Notes under the pieces: model-generated | What the model saw: only the letters and a program-made list of their open reading frames with translations | Told to the model about the DNA's origin: nothing | Database searches by the model: none | Assembly (NCBI RefSeq): GCF_006345805.1 | Contig: NC_043014.1 | Coordinates: forward strand, 186,001 to 250,000 | Length of the DNA: 64,000 nucleotides | Direction of reading: 5' to 3' | Source: Octopus sinensis | Lineage: Eukaryota | In this document: positions 1 to 14,269 of the stretch, piece by piece | Position numbering within the stretch: the first letter of the stretch is position 1 | How the letters are laid out: every line of letters starts with the position of its first letter | Translations under genes and position numbers: made by a program

Positions 1-1867
1 TGTACTGTTTGTCAAGTCGCAACAAGGACCTCAGACAGACAGTACTTTACACAATATGTGTACAGTTCCAAGTAGTGCTGTCTTTTGCAATACACCTAGA
101 TTGTAGGGTATTTCTAAGGTTTTCAGATGTTTTTCCAGATTGGGTGGTATTGAACCCAATGCTCCAATGACAATAGGGATAACCTTTATGTTTGACTCCT
201 GTAGCTGCCACATCTTAGTCATCTCAATTCTCAGGTCTCCATATTTATCAACCTTTTCTCTTTCTTTATGTTGATCTCCTGGCACTGCCGCGTCAATTAT
301 TAGGCACTCTTGTTTGTCCCTCCTAAATGTTACTATGTCTGGTTTTCAGTGCTTTAACACTTTGTCTGTCTGGAAGTCAAAGTTCCAGAGGATTTTTGCC
401 TTCCCCCTTTCCAGTGTTTGTTGGTACCAAGCACCTGTAACCACATATCCATACTTACAGCATAGTAGCCAGTGGAGGTTTTGGGCTACCTTGTCATGTC
501 TATGCTTGTACTCTTTCTGCACAAGACTTTCACAAGCACTAACAATGTGAGTCAAACTTTCAACCCTCTTCCCACACATTCTGCAGAGGTTCATTGCACA
601 TGTGTGGTATATATATATTTTTTTTCACTGAGTTGGTATTCAAAGCCTGGTCCTGGACAGCAATGATTAGGCTTTCAGTATTCTTTTTTAGGTCACCCCT
701 GTTGAGCTACCTCCATGATGCTTCCTGGTCCTTTAATTTGTTGGTTTCACTGTGGAACTGACCATGTAATTCCATATGGAGTAGGGTTTCTTCTCTCTCA
801 TTGGTTGTTCTTGATTAGAATTCATGAGCACTCTCAAGTCCATTTTTGTTAACTCCTTCTATACTAACAGCATACAATAGCAGATCTTGTTTGCTGTTTG
901 CCAAACACTCTGCCATGTTTCTTCTTTCACTGTTGGTGCTCTCCCATACACTGATCAGCCCACATCCACCTTTACCTCTCTTCATGTAGAGCCTCTGTAC
1001 ATTTGCCTTAGAGTGGAGGGTACCATGCATTATCATTGTCTTTCGGGCAGTATGATCGAGTTGGTCAATTTCCACTTGTATCCATTTCGGGATAGGTGCA
1101 CTATAGCAGACTATAACAACAGCCCATATGCTGATGGTAGTCACAAGGTTCCTTGAGTTGAGTTTTGCTTTCAAGAGAAGTTCCAGACACTTAAAATATG
1201 CGGTGATGACCTTGTCTTTCATTTCTTAGTGCAAGATATTGTTCAGCTCTAGGATCCCAAAGTACTTGTACCCATCATCATCCAGATCTTCCATTCTCTT
1301 TCCATTTGGCAATTCTATGTCCCTGCAATTTACTCTTTTCCCCCTCTTCAAGATACCAAATTCTATCCCTATATCCTTGCTGCACATTTGCATAGTCTCA
1401 GCCAGCCTCTCCATTTCAGGCTGTTTTTGTGAACAGTTTTAAATCAGCCATGAAGAGAAGGTGGTTGAGACAAGTTCCGTTCTTTCTCAGCTCATAGTGC
1501 ATGTTGACGCTGCGTAGGACTACAGAAAATGGGATCAAGGCTATAACAAATAACAGAGGTGAACAAGAGTCTCCTTGGAAGATACTTCTTTTGATTGTTA
1601 CCTCGGCTAAGTGCTGCTTGTAACAGGAAACACATGTTTTCCAACTAGGCATGCTGTTCTTAATCAGTGCACACACTTTCTCAGCCGTTCCACATATGTT
1701 GAGTGTTTCCAAAATCCGTGCAGGCGGCAACATGTCCTAAGCCTTTTTGAAGTCTATCCAGGCCATGCATAAGTTCTTTTGGTCTGTTTAAAGTTCTTCA
1801 TTATAACCTTGTCTATCACAAGGTGGTCTTTTGGTGCCCTTGGATCCTTTTCAGCATCCCTTTTGTT
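1..1867 (-). mobile_element. R4/Dong-clade non-LTR retrotransposon, degenerate 3' part (RT, CCHC, RLE endonuclease)
   Basis: Minus-strand ORF pieces: IFQGDSCSPLLF and NHLLFMADLKLF (RT), LYMKRGKGGCGL, CRMCGKRVESLTHIVSAC...RHDKV (zinc knuckle/RHD), EKVDKYGDL...PIVIGALG (RLE). Several frameshifts. Confidence 0.9.
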
Positions 1868-2428
1868 CTACTGGTGAGGTTTTGTCTTGTAAACCTCCTC
1901 TTTTGTGTAACTCCACAGATAAAAATCACATGGAGTGAGTTCTGAACTTCTTGGAGTTCTGCAGTCACAGTCTTCAGGTTTTAGCTCCTGCACGTAATGG
2001 GGTTTGTATGGGCAAAAATTCAATTCTTTATGTAACACCATACATATTGTGTGTCGTGTCAGTCCACTTTCACGAGCTGCTTGACCAGTTGATTTTTGCT
2101 GGCTGCAATTAAACATTTCCTGCACTGTTGCCTCATTCTCCACTGACCGGGATGTGGTTGGATGGCTACTTCTTCTTGCATCATTCACGGAGCCCATAGT
2201 CATCAGCTTTGCATGACAACTTTTTATTGTCTCTGGATGTAGTATTGCATGCTTACCTTTCCATGCATGCCACCATCTCTGAACCAAAACAATAGAATTC
2301 CACACTTCATTGCATGCTGCTATTTTAGCTCACTCCTGAGCAGTCAAGTGACTGACCATCTGGAAAATAAGACAATAAGAAATAAGAAATCCCCATTTTT
2401 AAAAGATATTTTTGTCATGACTTCAGAG
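1868..2428 (-). mobile_element. Internally deleted Tc1/mariner (maT-like) transposon
   Basis: ORF 1868-2305 joins an HTH region (GSVNDARRSSHP...PYKPHYVQEL) directly to TPRSSELTPCDFYLW, the third-D motif. One TA-bounded end at 2428. Confidence 0.8.
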
Positions 2429-2892
2429 TAACTAAAAATTCTATAAGCAATTTCTAATGCCTACTTACTTTCCACCCACCCTGTATATATTGTTGTATTT
2501 CAGGATGGTTTTTTTTTTTTTTTTTTTTTTTCATATAAATACACACACACTATATATTCATTTTTCTCTTGTTTATTACTGTTCTTGTTTTAACTCATGT
2601 CCATTGTTCAGAAATCTTTCACCACACATCTCTGACCTTTTCAGCAACACTTTCTGTCCTCGTATTGAAGAACAGAATGGACTAATGAACTAACATGCAT
2701 GCACATTTCAATGGTGAGTGCAGCAAACACAGATGTTTTGGGTGAAGCACTGTGGATGGTCTTCTTTAAAAATCTGAAGACTAAGTTCTTGTGAAAGAAT
2801 TGGTGTTAGAGCTTTGATAAACTAAAGCAAGTATTTATAGAATATGTAATGCTGTGTATATGTGTGTGGTGGTAGGTTGTTTGTATTGTTTC

Positions 2893-2927
<35 letters not shown>

Positions 2928-5621
2928 GAGAGAGCAAAACTAAACCACCACCAACAACAACAACAACCTAACAAACAATGAGTTACAGTAAGTGAGGGTT
3001 AATCAACAACCCCGATTAACGATTAACGCAAGCACTATTACAAAGCCAGGTGCTAAAGTGAGCTGACTCTATAAATGTTAACATTGTTTCTCAAAGACTG
3101 GCAGCATTCTTCATCTAAAAATAATGTAAAATGATCAACTATTTGTTTCTTGTTGTTTAATTGGCTCTTTCTGCAACATCACCATCATCATCATCATCAC
3201 CACCACCATAGTTATTATTGGTGTTTGGGTGGCGGTGGGGTTGGGTGGGGTTTGTTCTACCTGGTTTCCAACACACAAAGGCCAACTGTAAGACATCTGC
3301 AAGTTTTATTCTCTATTCACTCATTCTTCACAGTGACCTGACATCTAATTAAACCCTCAGTTTCCATCACAGAAGCCAAATTTGGCAAAATCACTTCAAT
3401 TATGTTCCACTTCGTTTTTTCATATCTTTTTTATATAATTTGCATTGTTTTGGCATCACTGATTTGCTTTTACTTCTTGGGGAGGCAGAGCAGTCTCTCT
3501 CCCATGATACATATGCATACAGACAGACAGACATTCACACACACACACATATTGGCATAGCTGGGCATTATCTCTGACAATCTGACAATACATAAACACA
3601 TATACATACATAAATAAAATACACATGCACACACACACATATATTTTCAGGGAAGGGCAACAATTCTCTAGGTGTGTGTGTGTGTATGTGAATGTATAAT
3701 GGCCAGTGAGGAGTGTTTCAACTCTTCCTCACCACCACAACTGCAACATTTTCTTTTACTTTCATCAGTTTAGTGGGAAACTAGCAATGACTGTTTTTCT
3801 ACTGATTTTTCCACCCACTACACACGCCCAGTCATTTTTACTTTACCAATGTCAAAATCTCAAAATCATAATATATTTTAAGATTTCTTTATAAAATTTT
3901 TTACTCCATTAATCAATTGATATTCTCCTGTCTATGTGTACATATTTTGTAGTTCTTTGTACTTCAACATAGAATTATACATCTTGAAGTGAGTACAGAT
4001 TGGAATGAAGTACATTGTCTGGAAGATACTACAGCCTCATACTTCAGGTGTTGGAAAAAACGAAAATATTGGGATTGCATTGATTAATCTCATATTCTTC
4101 AGCTGTCTCCTGTTTCTGGACTGTAAAACCAAAAGCTTCTCGGTGGCATCTGATGTAACTATCACAGATACAAGAGAGCCTACCATTGCCGTCAATATTG
4201 TTTCTACTCTCTCACTGGCCTAACTCTATGTACTCAGTCACAACTTTCTCAACATATGATGAGTAATTTTTGCTTGTTTTTTTTTTCTCTGTTTTTCTAT
4301 TTAACTCAGTCCAACTTCCTTCAGTTCACATAGAACAGCTGGATACTCAGAATACCCACTCGGAAGTTCTTCATCTCCTCTCACAATATTATTTTTGCTG
4401 TCAAGTACGCATGTGATGCACTCATTTTTCTCCTTTCCTTTTCAGTAAATGTTGTATGACTGATGCAGTGTGACTCTCAGTGGCCACCACGACAAACCTC
4501 TGCCTTCATCTAATTTAGATCCTGTCAGTGTCGTTGTTGATATGAAAGTTACCAGCACTGGTTGATATCTTGCTCATCTTGATGTCCAAGTGATGGATCT
4601 CTTCATGTTTCAAGCTTAGTCTCATAAATCTTGGTACAAGAACTGGTACTGCAATGACACTTTGGAATATGGCTCAAGTATTCCTTTGTCACTCCAACAC
4701 TGCAACATTCTCATCAAGTCTGACATACTCTTAGCTTCTCTATTTATGTCCAACTATCTGGTCACTTCCTAGTGCTTCTCTATCCTGAAGTTTTTGAATG
4801 AATGAGTGAATGAATGAATGAATGAATGAAATGTATGTATGTATGTATGCATGCATGTATGTATATATGTATGGATGGATGGATATATGTACGCATGCAT
4901 GCATAATCTGACCCAGCTATAACAGAGATGAGATGAAAGCAATTGTAATAAGAATCAACACCATGGTCTTCTCATTACCAAAGATTATCACTTTATAATT
5001 AGTTTCTTTTTTAACTCCCTCAAACTCCTTCTTAACAAAACTAAGTACATATGTAAAGTGTAATAAATGGACTCATTATTTGGCTATTCAAGAAATAGCT
5101 TTAAAAAAACCTATCATCACTGATCAATCAGTTTAAAATTGACCTCTGTTTCAATCATCTGAAATTTGTGATAGAATAGTAAAAGTTGTGCAATGAATGA
5201 GTTCTGGTTATGTGGTTGCAGTAGTTGGAGTGAAGGAAATGACAGAAAGAGACTTGGTCAATAGACTGACCAGCTGTTGATTTTTTTGTTTTTTGTTTTG
5301 TAGAGATGTTTCAATGTTGTAATTAACCTCAAGGATTTGATTTTTATTAAGTATGCAACTTTACTATGATTGTTCAGTTTCAAATATTGTAATGTTAACT
5401 TTGCCAGTTACAAATATGACCTGGTAACATGCAGCAGCAATTGTTTTAGATATCCCAAGCATAGACACCTTCCTTGACTGCTTATCCTTTCAGCACCCAG
5501 TGGCATGGCTGGACTGAGAGAGGACAGCACCAACATTCAGCTAAGAAAACTAGAACAACATGAAATGAAGTATCTTGTTCAAGGCTGTGAGCCCAATCCT
5601 AACCACTAGGCCATGTGTCTT

Positions 5622-6000
5622 CATCATCGTCATCATCATCATCATCATTGTTTAACGTCCGTTTTCCATATTGGCATGGGTTGGATGGTTTGACTGAGGT
5701 CTGGAGAGCCAATGGTTGCACCAGGCTCCAATCTGATCTGGCAATGTTTCTGCAGCTGGATGCCCTTCCTAATGCTAACCACTCTGAGAGTGTAGTGGAC
5801 GCCTTTTACATGTCACTGGCACAGGAGGCAGCCAGGTGGTCCTGGCATCGATCATGTTTGGATAGTGCTTTTTACATGCCATCAGCACAGGGGGCAGTCA
5901 AGGAACACTGCCATCGACTACATTCGGATGATGCATTTTACATGCCACCAGAACAGGAGCCAGTCAGGGAGCACTGGCCACGCCTACGATTTTGGTTTTG
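5622..6000 (-). mobile_element. SINE family B (RTE-type tail ending in (GAT)n) with internal ~60-bp repeat units
   Basis: The core gtccgttttccatrytggcatgggttggayggtttgac...ggatgcccttcctaa...accactc recurs at about 8140, 9345, 19130, 23985, 28255, 39590, 41420, 44700, 49515, 52620, 58590, 59200 and 59630. Confidence 0.8.
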
Positions 6001-6897
6001 TTATTCAGTTAATATCCTCTTCCCCTTGTTTTAGTATTTTTAATCAGCTTCGATATATTAAATAGGTTCACATCTACTTAACTTAGATCAGAAAGATTTC
6101 ACTGTAAAACTTCTATAAAACAGGTTAAGATGTAGTAAGAGGAATTTGATTGCAAAGCTGTCCAACCTATGCCAACATAGAAACTTAATCATTTAACCAT
6201 TGGTGGTTGTGGTGGCAATGGTGACGATGGTACCAATGACAGCGGTGGTGGTGGTGTTTACGGATATAACTTGAAGCTAATATCAATCATACTGTAGGAA
6301 GATGACTTTTTTATATTGCTACGTCTTCCTTTTAATGTGATTCCCAAGCAAGATTCTTAACTCTATTTGTCATACAAAAACTATGTTTGAAATTAATGTT
6401 GAAAATATATTTAAAAGTTGTAAACACAATCAATACAGAAAAGATCACCTACTTCCTCATACAGTCCTTAAAAAAACAATCATGAGTCCAGCTCCCTAAA
6501 CATTAATTCACATGACCTCACAACACACACTCATTGACTTCTGTTATTCAAAATAACTACTGATTGCCTTATATGACATTACATGACTTGACTAATTAAA
6601 ATGAAAAGACTTATAATTTCTCATGTTGACACAATTATTAAGGTGTCACCTCCTGCAGTTAATAAAATAATGTAGCAGTGAAGTACTGAGGTCCTGTTAA
6701 CCAAATAGACTCTTAAAGGTGGTGCCCCAGAAGGATCACAGTCCGATTATTAAAATCAATAAATAAAAAATAAGATTTGATTTAATGGGTCGAGTAACCT
6801 TGGAGAAAAGAGTCAATTTTGACCACATTTGAAAATGTCTGATGACTAGGTCTCTTCTGTATCATAGACTAATTACCATAGACATACATACATACAT

Positions 6898-6947
<50 letters not shown>

Positions 6948-8441
6948 ACGTATTATTAAAAAACCCTTTTTCTTAGGTCAAATTCGTCAGCCCTCACTAT
7001 TTTTCCCTGCTACTGAAAGGGTTTCCTATCCCTAGCCTAACCAATTAAAATTATTTTAGCAATTTCTTAAAAACGGAAGACTAAAATCACTCTCAGACAA
7101 CCGCGTCAAACTCATATCATTATCGAGAGATACAATATATAGGACGGAGACAAGAGTCTAGTCCAGTAGTAATCTTCTGATCTTGTGACTCTTCCACCGC
7201 AAAGAACATTCTACCCCCACCCCCATCCCCCACCCCACCGCTTCCAATAATAAGAGAGAATATAAACACGTGCAAGAACGCCTCAGCTCACGAATTGAAG
7301 ACATGTAGAGTTGTTTCCCTTTAATCATAACTACAATCTTTTATAACTACAGTTAAATTTCCTAAGTAGCAATGTTATGTGTGTGTGTGCATATTTTTAT
7401 TCTCTCTCTCTCCCACTCACTCTCTCTCCCACTCACTCTCTCTCTCTCTCTCTGAATACATACATATATATATATATATATCAGTGACGTGTGTTGGTTG
7501 CTGTCATTGGGTATGCTGCTACTCTGACCATACTATGACAAACATTAGTATGACTCAAAATAGGTATGCAATGTCTCTTTGAAGATTAAACACGTTTTAC
7601 AAGTTTTCGAAACAAATTAAGATCAAAGTTATAAGTTGATATTATTGTAAAAAATTAGTTTTAGTTTAGGAATTCTAAATTATTTCAAACCTACAACTTC
7701 TAACCATGAAAATAAACATGTGACCATGTTGTCAAAGATGTTGCATGCCCTTTGCCATTAATTTTTCGCCATTCTTCCATTATCCTATGATATGCCTGGT
7801 ACCATATTATGATACAATGTGTTGTGAGGTGTCCAGTGTTATTTCGGGACACCCACCACCAAATTTCAAGCAGAGATATAATAAAAGTTTTCCATTGTGA
7901 TTTGTGATTAAATCAATAAGTAAGGTTGATATTTATCTATATATTCGCCATGATAGAATTGTTTCTCCTCAGCTGAGGAGACAGATTGATGTCAAAAAAC
8001 ACCAGATGTCCCAAAGTTCCCCTTACTGCAATGAATCGAGTATGTTACAAACACATGTTTGTTTGAAAAGAGAAGTTGTTCTCCAATGACATAACACAAC
8101 AGTGATTAACATAATCATGTAAAAAGAAGAAAAAAAAAGAACCCTCAGTACAGTGGTTGGCATTAGGAAGAGCATCCGGCTGTAAAAGACCAAGTCAAAA
8201 CAGACTGTGGAACTTGGTGCTGCAGTTGACCTTGCCACCTCCTGTAAAACCATCAGACCCAATCCAGCATGAAAAACATTAAATGATGATGATGATGATG
8301 ATGGAGGGGATTAAAGCTGCTAGATCATATTAACAACAGACATGTCATCATTCTGATTCTAGTTGTTCCCTGTCATTAATAATATTTCACCATATTTCCA
8401 GCGAAGGAAAGCCAGTGCATTTCTGCCATTAAACTGCAGTA

Positions 8442-8600
8442 CAGTCATCCCTTGCCATATTGTGGTTCACCTATTGCACACTCAGTACATCGTCGACTCC
8501 TCAGTATCGCACGGCTTTCTGCGGCTGATAGGTATTTATGTTTTTCACCTATCACAGGAGGTTTTGCAACATAACACATGCAATAGTCAAGGGATTTTTG
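8442..8600. mobile_element. Tigger/pogo-like MITE
   Basis: TA-flanked on both sides; ends cagtcatccct.../...agggatttttg. Both ends align to the element at 12250-12454 in opposite orientation. Confidence 0.7.
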
Positions 8601-9529
8601 TAAATGACATTCCATGTTGTCTGGCATATAATTGAAACTAGATTTTTATGTTATCTAAGAAACTTCCACCCCAGAACAATTCTTCAGTCATGTCTGCAAG
8701 GTACAGCTGGACACACAATTTAATGTGGGGTGGACACCCTGTTACTCCCTCCCCACTCCTCTGTTGCTTTTATTTTCTTTTACTTTATTTCCTTGGTGTG
8801 ATAGTTTTGGGTTGTTTATTCTTTCCTGGTCATTTGATCTTTTATACTTTCAATGTTGTTTTCTTTCTGTAAAAGAAAGAAAATTTTATTTGCTGCATTG
8901 TGATTTTAAAATTAGTTGCAAATATGCGAGAGAGAGAGAGAGAGAGAAAGCTCTCTAAAAGGTAAGCACAGAATTCTTTACTGTAATGACCTCCCTTGCA
9001 CTGGAGTAATGTAGGGTTTAACTCCCTTACATCATCCCAACCACCCTTCCCCACATCCACACCACCCAGTGCTGTTAAGCTATACTTTTTCTTTTATCTT
9101 TTACTTATTTCAGTCATTAGATTGCGGTCATGCTGGAGCACTGATTCGAAATGTTTTAGTTGAACAAATCAATCTCAGGATTTTTTTTTAAATAAGATAC
9201 TTATTCTATTTGTCTCTTTTGCTAAATCACTAAGTTACAGGGACATAAATTAACAGCAGTTGTCAAGTGGTGGTGGCCACAATCTCACACACACACGCGC
9301 GCGCGCACGCATCCCCACCCCACCCCCACACACACATATATATATCATCATCATCATTTTACGTCCGTTTTCCATGCTGGCATGGATTGAACAGTTCGGC
9401 GGGAGATGGTAAGGTTGGGAGCCACACTAGGCTCCATCATCTGTTTTGGCCTGGTTTCTACAGCTGGACACTCTTCCTAACGCCAACTACAGAGTGTACT
9501 GGGTGCTTTTCATGCGTCACCAGCACTGA

Positions 9530-10310
9530 CAGGATCACGGACTAACTTGTTAGACAAGAACCCCTTCAGCTGAGAAGAAGGGGTAGTAGTGAGGGGGATG
9601 GCTTTGTGCCAGCTGATAAGATTTGAGGTATAGAGGGACGACGGGGTAGGTGACTTGCTGTCGAGTAGATAGTTGAATACTCCTGTTGAAAAAGAAAGGA
9701 GGTTGAGTGAGAGAGGAAGATAACAAAAGCAGTCGTGAGAGAGATGGTGGTGAAGATGTATCAAGACATGCACGAAAGGGACTTTGGGAGTGGTGAGAGT
9801 AAGCGGGGGGGGGGGATGCAGAAGTTTGAACTGAGGTAAATGATGGAATGAAATATAGGAGAGGCTCAGGGACAGGAGTTGTGGTAGATATGGGAGGGCT
9901 TTGATGGTAACAGATAAGAGAGGTGTTAAGTGATGGAGAACAACATGGGAGAAAGTGGTGATTAGTGGAGACCATAGGCAGGGGGAAAATAATGGGAAAT
10001 GGAAGGGATTCCGGATTGGGAAGGAGGGAACGAAGAGTGCAGGTGGGTGTAGTATGCACCTATTCTGATCTCAGGTGATAGAGAGGGGACGAAATGTGGT
10101 GGTTGGTTTGGGAATAAGGTTGATGGGGAGACAGGATGAAGATAAGTACTACCAAGGTGGTTGGGTCTTCTTGTGTACAGCAAGGGGCCAGATATCTCAG
10201 CCCTTTGTCATTTCCTTTATAAACTTCAGTGTGTTAAGATCAACCTTCAGTACTTTGTCCCATGTCTGTCTACGTTTCCTTCTTATCAGACTATGGATGA
10301 TTAAATTCTA
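9530..10310 (-). mobile_element. Degenerate retroelement fragment, tentatively a Penelope-like N-terminal region
   Basis: GA-rich segment repeated at 57550-58580. The family assignment rests on weak peptide similarity only. Confidence 0.45.
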
Positions 10311-11464
10311 ACATCTATTATAGTCCATTGTTATTATTACAGTGCATTGTTCTGTCATTCAAAATACATTATTTTTTACACACAATACACAATGCTTCAA
10401 GCGAATTACAATACTCTCCTATATATATATATAACAGGCTTCTTTCAGATTCTATCTACCAGATCCACTCACAAGTCATTGGTGGCCTGAGGTAAGGGTA
10501 GAAGACACTAACCCAAGGTGTCATGCAGTAGGACTGAACCTGAAACCGTGTATTTGGGAAGCCCATATCTACAAAATCATTATAACAGGCAATATGTGAC
10601 TTACTCTCGTTTCTATTCCATTATAATTTTTATTTCATTCATTGTTCCTTGATCTTTCAGAACAAAGTTTATTATTAATGGGAGTTATGTGCATATTTAG
10701 TTGGCTTCTGGTAATTGATAGCAGCAAAGGATGGGATTATAAATATTGACCAGAACCATTGAGACTTTGTCTTTTAAGAAACTCGAGTTAAAGGCCTAAC
10801 TCTGGACATTTCACCTTCATTGTGTGACATCATAAATTCCTAAGTTTAATCTTTAAACAGCAAACAGGAGTTGCATGAATGTGTGTGCCAAAACCTCTTT
10901 TCCTTCAGGCTAATTTTTATACTTATTTCCACTTTAAATAAGTACAAAAATTATAATAATTGTCTCTCATACAATGAAATTTACCAGATCATTATTGAAA
11001 AGTAATTTAAAGTCTTCCCTTTGCATCTGATGTGAGCATGAATTAATTTGAGGTCCTAGCATTGTTGTCAAACAAATGGAGAAATATAGATAAGTTGGTG
11101 CACTTATCCATCCTGAGATAATTGAAGCATCAGTTACTTCTGCAACATCATCATCATCATCATCTCCCTTGTTTGATGATGAAACAAAGTCAGAAAAAAA
11201 CTACTTCATCAATTATAAATTTTTCATTTCCAATTTGATTTCTCCAATCGATAAGGACCACTTACACTTAGGCGTATCTGACAAAGTAAGCGCTTGGGTA
11301 TCAATTGATGATGGCTCGATGACATGTAAAGTTTTTGAAATATCAGTTAATGATATCTGCTTTTTAATGATTGATATGTAAACATAAGCCTTCACTGAAC
11401 TTCTAAACATGTTGCTGTTTAAAATGCAAACATGTAGCCTTCACTTAATATATAAATGTTTAAT

Positions 11465-11866
11465 AGGCACAGGAGTGGCTGTGTGGTAAGTAGCTTGCTT
11501 CCCAACCACATGTTTCCGGGTTCATTCCCACTGTGTGGCACCTTGGGCAAGTGTCTTCTACTATAGCCTCAGGCCGACCAAAGCCTTGTGAGTGGATTTG
11601 GTAAGACAGAAACTGAAGGAAGCCCGTCATATATATATATATATGTATGTGTGTATATGTTTGTGTGTCTGTGTTTGTCCCCCCAACATTGCTTAATGAC
11701 CGATGGTGTGTTTACGTCCCTGTAACTTAGCAGTTTGGCAAAAGAGACCGATAGAATAAGTACTAGGCTTACAAAGAATAAGTCCTGGGGTCGATTTGCT
11801 CGACTAAAGGTGGTGCTCCAGCATGGCCACAGTCAAGTGACTGAAACAAGTAAAAGAGTAAAGAGT
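11465..11866 (+). mobile_element. SINE family A, near full length (tRNA-like head, ggcaccttgggcaagtgtctt core, internal (AT)n, aaagagt tail)
   Basis: Pol III box-like head (tggctgtgtggtaag; gggttcattccc). Other copies at 9090-9265(-), 10415-10565(-), 13595-13825(-), 42183-42480(+) and 59278-59612(+). Confidence 0.85.
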
Positions 11867-12249
11867 ATATAAATGCTTAATATTTAAACATGTAGCTTTC
11901 ATTTAACAAGTAAACATGTAGTCTTCATTTAATGTATAAACAGAAATATCATTCAAGCCATAACCATCCTATTTTTTCCTTGAGTATTACATATCAAAGA
12001 CTACATAATTCATCCCTTTTCAAGATGGTAAGATGTTATTTATAGCAAGTTGTCTTTTCTGTCTTTGAGAAAGCTGAAATACTGTGAAGAAATTCTTTAC
12101 ATGTTCAAAGATATATATATGTAATGAAAGCATATTATGATAAATATCTGTTAAAATATATCACACTTTCTGTAAAGTATATTATAAATATAATCATTAT
12201 GTCTTTGATATTGTTCCATAGTTTTTATTAATCAACTGTTTTATGACTG

Positions 12250-12454
12250 CAGTAATCCCTCAACTATTGCAGGTGCAACGTTCCAAAATCTCCCACAGAA
12301 ATAAGTAAAATCTAAAAAGATATAAATACCTATATGACACAGAACCTGCAATAGACTAAGAATTCCATGATATGAATTTATATATATTAGCCAGAAAAAT
12401 TCGCAACGTACTGAGTGCACAATAGGTGAACCGCTATATGACGAGGGATTACTG
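12250..12454. mobile_element. Tigger/pogo-like MITE
   Basis: Perfect 12-bp TIR cagtaatccctc / gagggattactg; same family as 8442-8600. Confidence 0.75.
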
Positions 12455-13830
12455 CAATCCGGATGTTTATATTTAATAGAATATAGCTTCAATTACATTG
12501 CATAGTTCAGTGTTCCATACATCATAGACTGGAGTAAAATAATATTATAGAGGGTAAATATCCACTCTTTAAGTGGACTGAAAATACAGCAGATCATATT
12601 TGTTGCTTTATATTCAAAACATGGAATGAAAATGTTTAGAAATTGAATTTGATGAGAATAAGGAAAAATAATTCAGGTATTTTTATAATAAAGAAATACC
12701 ACTCCTACTCAGGATGAGTCCACTCATACTCATTCTACCTGGCAACAAGCTCCACTCCTAACTAGTTACCATAGTAATAGGTTCTACTCCTACTCAGTCT
12801 ACATGCTGCCACGTTCCACTCCAAACATACATAAGATGTCAAGACAGTTTTTCTAAACTTACCCAAACCCATTAAACCCCATCAATTGTGAAAATAAGTT
12901 TTAAATAATTTAAAAGAAATCAAAATATTTCTATTTTAACATCTCTTTATACTTTACTAAACCAATCCTTTGTAAATATCTGAATAATTCCCACCACCAC
13001 CACCACCACTATCTCCTTCATTTTTCTCTTCCATCTGGAACTTATCTTTCATGCCAGATGCCAGTACATTGGTCTACAGCCTCACTGTTTACTTTAGTCA
13101 TCCAAACCACCAGTTATTCTCCTCTGCTATTGAATAACTTTTTTGTTTTTTGTAACATTACTTAATGCGGTTGTATTGCAAAAAAATAGCTTACTTGATA
13201 TATTTTTAACTCTAAAGACTTTTAGAGTCAAATCTCAAAACTAAAACTATCATTCTGATATTCTTCTGTACCTGTTTTGTTTCAAAATCTATATTTCATG
13301 GATTTCTTTCTGCCTGATTCTACTTACAACCATCCCATCCTTTACATATCATCCGTCCTAAGGAGAATGAACGGAGAGAAAAGGACTTTGCAGTATTTGC
13401 TTACCTCCCTTTACACTTTGAGTTCAAACCTTTCCTTAATCAACTTTTAGTCAAATAAATAACTACCAGAGAAGTTATGGCATTCATTAAGTTTTTCATT
13501 AAGTGTCTCACTAAATTTCTGGTATTTTACCTATTTTAAGAATCATTACTATTTCTCTCTTTCTCTCTCTTTCCATCTCTCCCTCCCCCCCCCCCCATAT
13601 TTATTTTAATTGTTTCAGTCGTTGGACTGCTGCCATGCTGGGGCACCACCTTGAGATATTTTGTCAAAAAAGAAAGTGAACCCCAGTCATGTTTGCCAAA
13701 CTACTAAATTACAAAGCAACACCAGTTGCTAGGTGATGGTGGGGGACAAACACAAATATATATACAGAGGGACTGAACCTGAAACCACATTGTTGTAAAG
13801 TAAGCTCCTTAACCACTCAACCATGCCTGC

Positions 13831-13872
<42 letters not shown>

Positions 13873-14269
13873 CCAGAAGTGTAGAATCACATAAAAAATA
13901 GTCTAAGTTCATAAACGAACCATTGGAGATGATAGGATTTTTTAAAGGTCTCAGTCTAGATGAGGGTTTCTTATATCAGGAAGCTAATGTATGTAATTAC
14001 TCAACTTAATTGGAATAAATAAAATACTAATGACCTATAACATTTGTTTTGTATCCTCGGTATTAGGTCAGTGTCAACAAGTCCTCACCATTCTGTTAGA
14101 GGAGTGTCTACCACATATTCAGAATTGTTGTGCAGTACAACAGAAATAAAATAATTAATGAGTTCATTTAATTAGCTGCTGCCTCTATTCCAGGAAATGA
14201 TAAAACAATCTTAAATTCTGTGTTTTTCCCTTCAACACAAAGCACACTTTAACCACTATAACAATTATT

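Noticed and set aside
3960-4790. Possible very old mariner on the minus strand (IVTSD, FWFYSPET)
   Set aside because: Only faint motif similarity across frameshifts, and no TIR.
7963-8040. 18-bp palindrome tctcctcagctgaggaga overlapping a possible exon (LRRQIDVKKHQ...)
   Set aside because: No homology, and its phase 1 end does not join the next identified exon.
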